DNA of 64,000 nucleotides from a virus: IMG/VR virus record IMGVR_UViG_3300046096_000916, positions 3,012 to 67,011 of that record; one strand, 5' to 3'. Shown piece by piece: positions 8,510 to 18,300 of this stretch (position 1 is its first letter; each line of letters starts with the position of its first letter). The notes under the pieces were generated by a model. It saw only the letters and a program-made list of their open reading frames with translations, ran no database searches and was not told where the DNA came from. The position numbers and the translations under genes were made by a program.

Positions 8510-8917
8510 TTAAGCTACATTTTTTACTTTAATTAATTGCAAAATTTGTTTAGCTCTGGTATAATCTGGATCAAGTACATTCTGAATAAATGCCAAAGAT
8601 TTTTTAATCTCTTTTAACGCATTTATTAGCTGTGAAGGCGTTATTATTTCTTCATTAATAAAAAAGTTTTTAACTGTATCGAGAGCTTTTATGGCTTTTC
8701 GTTCATACGGTTTAAAACGTTTTAACAAGTAAGAATGTTCTCGGCAGTCAATCTTATTGACTTTGAAATAATGCTTAATCGCTTTACGTGCAACAATCTC
8801 AAAGAAAAGATTATCTTCTTTTTTGTAATACTTCATTTTCAAAATATTTTTGATTTCTGAATTATCTTGAGTGTCTAGCATTAGTAAAGCAATTTGTTGA
8901 CAATGAGAATTATTCAT
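8510..8917 (-). CDS. hypothetical protein
   Basis: 135-aa ORF overlapping the stop of the upstream gene. Confidence 0.6.
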   Translation of the reverse strand: MNNSHCQQIALLMLDTQDNSEIKNILKMKYYKKEDNLFFEIVARKAIKHYFKVNKIDCREHSYLLKRFKPYERKAIKALDTVKNFFINEEIITPSQLINALKEIKKSLAFIQNVLDPDYTRAKQILQLIKVKNVA

Positions 8918-9386
8918 TTATTACCCCGTAATAATTATTTTCTGTGTTGACAAGCATATATCCGTCAGAATTAATAGCTTTTGTCTCTATAATTTCGGAG
9001 CTTAACTTTTCGATATATTCTTCTTTTTTGATGAATAAATTATCTATCTGTCCTTGCTCTAAATCTATGAGATTATCTAGCTTATTGACGGCATCGTTAA
9101 TCTTATCTTCTAATTCTATCAATTCCTTTGCTGTAGCTTGATTTACAAGTATTGGGGAATAGGTTTTGCCAGTTTCTAAACAATACAGTTGACCATCTAA
9201 TTCGATGTACTTATTTATTGTTTCAGACTTAACAAGCTCTATTACTTTTCTTTGAATCTTGCTTACTTCTAACTGAATTGTTTTGAATTCTTTGAGAAGG
9301 TTAACTATTTCGATTAATTCAGTTTTAGACAATGACCAATTGTCTAAAACTGAATTGGACTTAGTAATCAATTCTAATGAGATCAT
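8910..9386 (-). CDS. hypothetical coiled-coil protein
   Basis: 158-aa ORF rich in E/K/L. Confidence 0.6.
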   Translation of the reverse strand: MISLELITKSNSVLDNWSLSKTELIEIVNLLKEFKTIQLEVSKIQRKVIELVKSETINKYIELDGQLYCLETGKTYSPILVNQATAKELIELEDKINDAVNKLDNLIDLEQGQIDNLFIKKEEYIEKLSSEIIETKAINSDGYMLVNTENNYYGVINE

Positions 9387-9502
9387 CTCGCCTTTTCCTT
9401 ATTTAATATTTGTAATTTGTCGAGGTTCTCTTAGAGTTGATTCTCTTGTTTTCTATTGTATTGCTTTTTACACGCAATGTCAATATAAATAAAAAGATTG
9501 TT

Positions 9503-9793
9503 TTATTTGTTAGTGTAAAAGTCTTGTATATCAGCATCTAAGGATTTTAACAAAGCAAGAAATTTATCCGATTTAATACTTTCAGCTGATCCATTCTCTA
9601 GCGTATTAATATAATTCATGCTACAAGTTACGCCGTAAGTTGCCATTTTTGCAGATAATTGTTTCATGGATAAACCTTTATCTAGTCTTTTATTTTTCAG
9701 AATAGTGGATTTTACCCGATCCCATTTAAAATAGGCGATCGCCTCGATACTAAATTGTGTAGATGTGGGTTTGTCCATAACTAAAATACTCAT
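9503..9793 (-). CDS. XRE-family HTH transcriptional regulator
   Basis: LKNKRLDKGLSMKQLS...YINTLENG...LLKSLD pattern. Confidence 0.8.
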   Translation of the reverse strand: MSILVMDKPTSTQFSIEAIAYFKWDRVKSTILKNKRLDKGLSMKQLSAKMATYGVTCSMNYINTLENGSAESIKSDKFLALLKSLDADIQDFYTNK

Positions 9794-9946
9794 GTCATTT
9801 CTACCTCTTTTTTAATCTTATATTATTTTGTGTAAAATTTAAAAGTCTTTGAATAAATCAAAGACTTTGTGGATTGCTTTTCTAGTGTTTACATTCTTTT
9901 ATTTATTGTAACAGATTTAAGTACTTTTTTAACTTTCTTCTCAATT

Positions 9947-10819
9947 TCAATTACACGAAAACAAGTCTTTTTGATTATTCTCTTCATGCCATTTAGCTAT
10001 TCTGTTTTTGCCTACTTCAAAATATTCTTTATCCTTTTCGATGCAAATATATTTACGATTTAACTCAAGACAACTTATCGCCGTTGTGAAGCTACCAGCA
10101 AATGGATCAATTACTAAATCGTTTTCTTTTGTTGTCAATTCGATTAATTGCTTAAATAGTTTGACGGGCTTTTGTGTAGGATGTTCAAATTGATAATGCT
10201 CTTTTTTTGCTACTAAAATACTTTTACAGAGTGCCCCTTTTTGATAACTATTAAAAGTTTCAAAATATCTATCTCTACGCAAAACAGGACTCCGCTTGGT
10301 TATTCCATGTTTAATATTTTCCTTTCTAGTAAACTTACCCCATTCAATAAAATCTTCATAAGATTTTATTCTTTTTATTCCTGTCAGTATTCTTTTGCAA
10401 TCATCATTGGTAACGGAAGGAGACAATTGCTCATCAAATTCTATTTTATCCGTAAAAACTTTGTTCAATTTACTTTTTTCTTTTCCCAATAAATTAGCTA
10501 TTTCATGTATTCTCAATAAAGCATTCATTGGGTTACTAGGTCTTTTCTTATACCAAATTAACTCTTCCTTAAATACAAAACCGAATTCACTACATATTAC
10601 ATTCCATTTAGCAAACTCAAAACCACGACCAAAAAACAATAAAAAACCCGTATCTTTAATTATTCTGTGACATTCAGTAAAGACAGCTTGAGCATCAAAA
10701 GGACAATCTAGTTTGTGTTTCAAATAACCATAAGGAGGATCAGTTATCACCGCATCAACTGAATTATCGGGAAGTGTTTTTAAAATATTCAAACAGTCAT
10801 CGTGATAAATTTGGTTCAT
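9947..10819 (-). CDS. DNA methyltransferase, beta class (N4-C/N6-A)
   Basis: TDPPY (motif IV), HPTQKP, DPFAGSFTT (motif I). Confidence 0.92.
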   Translation of the reverse strand: MNQIYHDDCLNILKTLPDNSVDAVITDPPYGYLKHKLDCPFDAQAVFTECHRIIKDTGFLLFFGRGFEFAKWNVICSEFGFVFKEELIWYKKRPSNPMNALLRIHEIANLLGKEKSKLNKVFTDKIEFDEQLSPSVTNDDCKRILTGIKRIKSYEDFIEWGKFTRKENIKHGITKRSPVLRRDRYFETFNSYQKGALCKSILVAKKEHYQFEHPTQKPVKLFKQLIELTTKENDLVIDPFAGSFTTAISCLELNRKYICIEKDKEYFEVGKNRIAKWHEENNQKDLFSCN

Positions 10820-10883
10820 AATTTATTAATAAATAAGTAATCTAATTGTAATATAAATAAAGTATAAATTAAATCATTTATGA

Positions 10884-11579
10884 ATGAAGAAATTTTGTAT
10901 TGGGAATAAAAAAGTAAATGATTGGTTACGATTGGATTCTACCAATGCCTACATTCAAGCATTATCAAGAACTACGGGAATTATCGCAAATGATTTAACC
11001 TCAGTAAAAGCTGGTTCACCTGTTAATGGCGGTGGTACTTGGATACATCCTAAGTTAACTTTAGAGTTAGCACGTTGGATAAGTGTTGAGTTTGCGATCT
11101 GGTGCGATACTCACTTAATGGAATTGTTGACTACAGGAAAAACTGAATTAAAACAAAATGAGGTAATTCCTTTAGTAGATGCAAAAGTAGAAAAAGATAA
11201 AGATGATCCTTTAACCATAATCTCTACGGTAATTGACTTAAAACAAAAGCTAGACGGTTTGAAACAAGATCGGTTAACTGAATTGTTAAATTACCAATTA
11301 ACAAGCCAAATAGAGATGTTAAACGTTAATCAAAGACGATTAGGCACTGCCACAGTAACTGAACAAAAACATTATCAGCCATGCAATGTACGAGCCAAAG
11401 ATTTAGGTTACAACATTTATCAAGTCAGCAACGGGACTGATTTAGGACGTTATGTCAAAAAATTAGTTGAACCAGCGTTTAAGGATTATCAAGGACAATA
11501 TCATGTTTGGCATTATGAAGTGAATAAACAGTTAGACAACGTCATTCACAGTTATTTTAAAAAAGATATTAATCGTTAA
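10884..11579 (+). CDS. N-terminally truncated KilA-N protein (3' part of a split gene)
   Basis: GNKKVNDWLRL...GGGTWIHPKL..ELARWISVEFAIWCD; lacks the first KilA-N strands, which lie at 7135-7230. Confidence 0.8.
   Translation: MKKFCIGNKKVNDWLRLDSTNAYIQALSRTTGIIANDLTSVKAGSPVNGGGTWIHPKLTLELARWISVEFAIWCDTHLMELLTTGKTELKQNEVIPLVDAKVEKDKDDPLTIISTVIDLKQKLDGLKQDRLTELLNYQLTSQIEMLNVNQRRLGTATVTEQKHYQPCNVRAKDLGYNIYQVSNGTDLGRYVKKLVEPAFKDYQGQYHVWHYEVNKQLDNVIHSYFKKDINR
10902..10916 (+). repeat. 15-bp inverted repeat, right copy
   Basis: GGGAATAAAAAAGTA, exact inverse of 7120-7134. Confidence 0.9.
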
Positions 11580-11583
11580 GTTA

Positions 11584-11609
11584 AAAAGCCGATCGCCTGA
11601 TCGGCTTTT
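11584..11609. terminator. bidirectional intrinsic terminator
   Basis: AAAAGCCGATC-GCCT-GATCGGCTTTT between convergent genes. Confidence 0.8.
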
Positions 11610-11880
11610 AAAGTAATAACATCTTTTCAATTAAATTAATTACTTGGCAATTATCCATGTCTCTAAACTCAAACCATTCACCAGTTTTTTTGAATTGTCT
11701 CAGTAAATAATGTAATCTCCGTTCCATTAACCGTTCGTTATATATTTTAGATGGGTTATCAAAAACCTTTACAATTCTTAACTTACTGCCGTTACCCGTT
11801 TGTAATTGTTTTAATCTTTTGTGAGGATTTACTGAAATTCCTATCTTAAAATTGTTGTCATCTGCGAATAAATAAATCAT
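11608..11880 (-). CDS. GIY-YIG / T5orf172-like nuclease-domain protein
   Basis: IYLF...FKIGIS.NP.KRLKQLQTGN...E..LH...GEWF. Confidence 0.85.
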   Translation of the reverse strand: MIYLFADDNNFKIGISVNPHKRLKQLQTGNGSKLRIVKVFDNPSKIYNERLMERRLHYLLRQFKKTGEWFEFRDMDNCQVINLIEKMLLL

Positions 11881-11913
11881 AATTTAATTATCGATTATTA
11901 ATTATTTAACACT

Positions 11914-12303
11914 ATGAAAAAGTTAATTATAGCACTTAGTGCAATGGCGATCGCCTCTTTTAATTTTATAACTCCTGTATCTGCTGAATATCGCAGACAA
12001 GAATTTGAAGATAGTTTTGATTACGTTTTGGAAAAGTTTAAGCAAGGAATTTATATTGGCGATTATGAACAATTCAGTTTTGATACTCAACAAGAATTTG
12101 CCAAACAAGTGTGTATTGAAGGTAATTTTGAAAAAGCATTAGATAATTTCAAGAAAACCAAATATAACTATTATGTCGCTTTAATAATATTATTGAATCA
12201 AGATCGTTATGAAATTTACGCTTTCAAACAAAATCTAATAACAAAAATGGCAAAATATTGCCCACAGGATAAAATAATTTATCCTACAGTTTTAAAAAAT
12301 TAA
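11914..12303 (+). CDS. secreted hypothetical protein
   Basis: Signal peptide MKKLIIALSAMAIASFNFITPVSA. Confidence 0.65.
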   Translation: MKKLIIALSAMAIASFNFITPVSAEYRRQEFEDSFDYVLEKFKQGIYIGDYEQFSFDTQQEFAKQVCIEGNFEKALDNFKKTKYNYYVALIILLNQDRYEIYAFKQNLITKMAKYCPQDKIIYPTVLKN

Positions 12304-15300
12304 GTATATCTATTATCTTTTGTTTGAGCTATCTTTTGTTCTTGAGCAATAAGACTGGCAGACTTTCTAAAACTATTAACATCAGTTGCTTTGACTGTCA
12401 CATAACTATTATTATTCACAACCATATTACTGTTAGATTTATTCATTGTATTTGTAGTTGGGTTGCCAATACTACCACCATTTAAGTAATTAGGGATGTT
12501 ACGATTATATTTATAATCAGTTTTTAAACTTTCCCACTCTCCCGACTTTTCTAAATATCTATAAAAATCAGCGTCTCCATTTTTCTGACTTAATACTTGT
12601 TCATTGAGACTTACTACAATAGGAAGGGCATTTGCACCTTCTTTTTTCATTGCTTTACTAATACCCAACGATAAGTTAACCATTGATTCCAATTTATTTT
12701 TAACTGATCCACCTTTGGCAAAAGTATCAAGCTTAGGTATTTTCTGCCCGATACTACCGCCTTCTTTAAAGTTAGGTATCATTTCAGGTTTAACCTCTCC
12801 ACCCGTCATAAAATTGAGAATTTTGGGTATTTTCTCAGTAATTATTCCTCCTTCTTTAAAGTTAGGTATATCTTGAGTTTTAATCTGACCACCCTCTTTA
12901 AATGCTTTTAGATCAGGTGAAAAGCTACCAGTAGAAAAATCAATACCAGCTGGTGATGCAAAATCACCGAAAGTACTAGCCCCACTTAAATCTAAACCAA
13001 CACCCCCACCGATAGCACCGACTGCCATATTTAAGCCCGTCCCGATTAACTTCCCTAAAAAGCCTCCGCCTCCTTGACTACTACCACCGCTACTTATCAT
13101 CGTGACTAAACTAATTAAACCTTGTTGTAAAGCTACTTGAGTGTCTGTTAAGATAGCGTCAATGTCACCGAAGCTAGATGATAAACCAGCAGTCAAAACA
13201 TTAGTAGCGTCAGTAAAGTCTATCTTCATATCTTCACTGAAAGTTGCGTTTTCTAAATTAGCATAAGGGTTATAGATACCAATTTCAGAGTTAGGGTTAT
13301 ATAAAGTAGGCATTCCCCCCTTACCTATATCAGAGTATTGTTCCGATACTCCTGCCCCAGATTGTCTATTTAATGCTTCTAACATTAAATTCAAAGTATT
13401 ATTAACTCTAACTAATTCATTGATGTCGGGAGTATCCTCACTACTTAATAATGATTTAGATTTTTCATCTTGTCCGATATTCTCAGGTAATAATCCTTTA
13501 AAGAATTTCCCTTTTATCCATTTCATCGCTTGATTATGAATCATCTCAACTGACATATTTAAGAAGAATTTACGGATGCTTTCTAAGAAATCTTTAGCTA
13601 TATCATTAAATGATTTTTGCCCTGTCATTAGAGTATCTAAACTTTCACCCAAAGCATTTTTGAATGGTTCATTTAGTGCCTTAGAAAATAAGGTTGCCTC
13701 AAAAGTTATATCGGATAATTTTTCTTTATTTATCTCTTGTAATTTGCTTCTCAATGCTTCTAACTCTTTAATTTTCTCAGGCGTCCCCTCAAATTCCTTC
13801 ATAAAGTCATCAAAAGATTTCATCATTTCTAACTGTCTTATTTGTTCTTCTAAGACGGCACTCTGAAATAATCCACTCATATCAAGAGGATTTTTCTTAT
13901 TTTCATACTCTGCTATTTGTTTGAGATAATCTGATAATCCTTTAACTTTTTCTAATGTTTGTTCATAATTGATTTTATACGCTAGACTTTGTAAATTTAT
14001 CTTTTCACCTAATTCTACCTTCTGTTCCAATAATGAGATTTCTTCTCGTATTAGTTTAAGTTTTTCTCTAGCTGGGATTGTTTTATCATTTATAACTCCT
14101 AGTAATCTCCCCCCTGCTTCTTCAGTTATTTTTCCTTCATTTTTTGCTTTCTCTACTTCTGCTTTTATATTGTTAATAGCTTCTTCTTCTTTTTTTACTC
14201 TTTCTTCAGGAGACAAATCTTTATCAGTAAACCCAAGATTAGTATCGATAGTTAATCGAAAATTCTCTAAACCTCTTTTCATATCTCTTACTTTGTTTGT
14301 TAACTCATCAAATTGACGGGTTGCATCTTCCGCAAAAGTAAGATAACCTTTAGCATTAAGAGAAAATTCTTTAACCTGAGTATTTAGCCCGTAGAAAGTA
14401 TCCTCCGCTTGACGGGTTGCATCGAATATTTGAGTAGCATAGTCGAATAGTTTAGCTTCATTCTCTAATTGAGTAGATTTTTGTTTTTGAATTTGATTTA
14501 GAGCTTCTAATTGATTTTTATAGACTTTTAATTGTTCTAAATCTATCCCTAATAATTGAGCTTCTTGTAATAACTCATTAAAACGACCCTCATCTTTTAA
14601 TCGGATCAATTTAGCTAATTGATCAACACCTTCTTTATTATCAGAGAATTTTTGTTCTTTTACCAGTTGCTCAATTATAGAATTTGCATCCACAAAATCT
14701 AAGACAGCGTCACCTGGTTGAGAAACCATACTAGGGTTATAACCAATTTTACTTATTTGATTCCATTTTGTTTGACCCCCTTGAATACCATTAATACCAT
14801 TTACATTAGGAAGGTTAAGTCCACCAGCTCCAGCTTGATTCATTAACTGTTGACTTTTCGGACTTTGATGGGCAAATTTAACAATAACGCCAGTAAGTAA
14901 ATCTTCAAAATACGAAACACCACCATAACCACCAGCAACGCCAAAATCTACGGGTTTTAATCTGGATGTATCGACAGATAGAACCGTACCTTCTAGTAGC
15001 CCAAAATCACGCCCTTTATGATTTGTTGATGCACCTGGTATTCCTGTATCTCTCGGTCCGTAATCTGAAGACGGTCGCATACTTGTTAGAGGTTTGCCAT
15101 TTGCATAGATATATTTTTCGTATTCTTTAGGATTGAAATATGATCCATTTCTCTGAGCGGCAAGATGAAGATGAGGTCCACTTGCAGTCCCTTGATATTT
15201 TGTCCCGTCTTTCGGTCCAGCGACAATCGAAACTGGTACTATTTTATTTTGATTATTATTAGCAACAGGTTTGTTATTAGTATTTTGTGCTTGAACATTG

Positions 15301-18300
15301 TTATAGGCTTCTTTAATACCTACTGCAAATTGTTTTGACCATTTAGTTATTTCAGTAAAATCACCTGATTTAATGGCACGAAGGAACATATCAGAAACTT
15401 CTTTATCCATAGCACTTAATTCTAATAAAGTTCCGCCTCTTGTGGGGATAGTTAAGTCTTTTCTGGTCGAATCAAATTTATTTAATCCGTATTCATCTTG
15501 TAAAGCATTTGTTAAAGGATTTCGTTTACCTTTCTCTCCTATAATTACACCATTTTCTCCATTATTCGCATCTAAATGAATTTCTAAAGGAAAAGCATTT
15601 GACTTATTAGCCTGATTAATAAAATTCTCTGAACGTTTAATTCTATCTGTTTCTTTTGATTTGAACAACTGAGTAGGCACACCTAGATTTTTTAATTGTT
15701 CGACTAAGATGGGAGCTAATATTTCAAGTGCTACTGATTCTAAAGTTCTGCCATTAAGATTAAAACCGTTAGCGGTTCCGTTTGTTCCGCCTCCATTCGG
15801 CTCTTGATGACCTGCATTAATCAAAATAGATTTTTGATTATTTGAATTTCTTTTATTTAACACTGGTAACGTTTTAACAGCTTGTGCCATTAACTCACTC
15901 GCAGGGAAATTAAGATCAATGCCATCTTTAGGTTTATTAATATCAATACCTTGATTTAACCAATTCATAGCCTTAGTATCTAATTTTAAATCTGGTAGTT
16001 GTTGTTGACGTGGTAAGATACCACCCATATCAGATACTACATTAGGATTAAAATTAGATGCTATTAAGTTAGAAGTAGGTAGGTTAGATTGTGGAAGGTT
16101 AGATTGGTTATTTTGTTTGTTTTTGTTGGGGAATAGAAAGGGTGCTAATTTGTCTCCTCGATATTTTTCATAAACCTCTCCATATTTTAGATTTTCTTCA
16201 TTATAAATATCGAGATTCTTCCAAAGATAATCATAATTATTTTTCTCATCATATTTGATCTCGAGTAACTTTTTCTCGATCGCCTCGAACAATAAATCTC
16301 TATCCTTTTTCTGTTGATCAAATATCCCCGTAATATTTTTAAGAGGATTTCTATTTTCTTTGGTTAATCTATCTATATCAGCTTTTGTAAAAGTGTTATT
16401 AGGTTGTTCTTTAATAAAACTATCTGTTGGTTTTGATTTTGATTGTGGTGTAATGACAGGAGTTGTTTGTCTTTTCTGTTCTACAAAAGGAGTTGCTATT
16501 TTATGATAAGGGCTAGTAGGATTATTATTATATTTTTGAGCTTCTTTAATCCTTTCTTCTACTAATTTAATTCTCCCAGTGTCTGTCGTAGTATTGGAGT
16601 TGAAATCTTTATGACTAATATTTTTAGTATCTTTATCTCCTAAGTCTTTGAGGAAACCAGTATCTTCTAAAAACCACCTGACGGTATTTTTCTTCTCACC
16701 ATCTTTCATTGCTATAAAAGCAGATTTATCAATCTTGACCTCTACTATTTTATTTGTAGTTTTGTCATAGATTACTTGCAACACTTTATTTAATGCGGCT
16801 TCAGAAACTCCATTAGCTTCACTTTTGCTTTGTTGGCTTCTAATTATTGAACTAGCAATTCCTAAAAGCCCTTGTCCATTTTTATTATCTTGTCCAGCTA
16901 ATTTAGTTCGGAATAAATCCATGCCTGTTAAAGTATAGGTTGGGCTTGTAATAATGGGTGTAGTTTTGTCTCTATTTGCATTTCTACTCGAATTATTGTT
17001 ATCCCCTGATGCTTTACCATTAACAGTAGGTTTAGCTTGGTTATTAGTAGTGTTAGTAACAGGTGGGTTGGCTGACCTTGCTTTAGCATTGATTAGGGCT
17101 TCTTGTGAATAGGTTTGATATTCAGGGAAAGCTCTTTCTTTCATGCTAGGTCTTAAAAAGTTATTTAAGATATGATTTACCATTGCAGATAAAGTTTTTT
17201 GTTGTTTGAAGTCATCTAAATTTTTGAAACCTTGCATCTCTTTAGATTCTTTCATGGCAAAATCTATTTGCTTTTCTATATCGTCAAATATGAAACCTGT
17301 CATAGGGGCATAAGCTAACATTGCCTCTTTTCTTCCCCCCGTTGAGGTTTGTTGATATAGCCCAGTAGCTTTTGAAGATGAATTTACATTATAAGGATCG
17401 TTTGTAGATTCTTTCCTTGCTGTTCCTGCCCAAGCGGACGCTTGTTCAAGTGTCATACCATATTTTGTTGTCAGTATATGGATAATAAAGGCTTCTCTCT
17501 GTGCTACTGTTGTCACCTTGTCAACCGCACCTTTTACTGGATCGACTTTCAGCTTTCTATCAAATGTGAAATTACCTACTGAACTACCATCCCCACTACC
17601 CGTATAACTTCCCCCACTCTCCATCTGCCCTTGATATTGTTCAACTGATTGCTTAACACTTTCAGCCAACTTAGATATATTGTTATGAATATCAACATAA
17701 TTAGCATTTATATTACCAATACTATCAGCTATACCCTTAAAGTTAACTCCCATTGTATTAGCTTGTAATACCATATCATCTGATTGATTTCTGATACCTC
17801 TCCAAGCTAAGGTTTGACTTTGTTGAAAATCATCAAATTGTCTAGTTAATTCAATTTCTTGAGCTGTTCTTTGACGTGCCAAATCAAATACTTGTTCTTC
17901 TAAACCTCTTATCTGTTTAGCAATACCAACCATTTCAGTGGCGATCGCCAATCGTTGTTCATCTAAAGTTAAAGTTTCATTTCTAACATCAGTCTCACTA
18001 GTCTGGATACCTTCAAATAAAGTAATGAAATCAGCCAAGAAACCTTTTTGCCCGAATTCTAAACCAGCCCTTAACTTATTAATGCTGGTGCGTCTTGTTA
18101 ATTCAGATGTAATCTTAGTAATTTCATTAGCGGTAGTGAGTAATTGAGTTTTTAGACTGGTGATTAAATCTTGATAAGATTCAACTAAATCACGTTCACC
18201 TCGTTGATTTTGAATACTTGCATCTTCTAATCGAATACGCATATCATAAAGACTTCTAGCACGGTCTCTAAAGTAATCCCTAACAGTTATATCAAGATCT

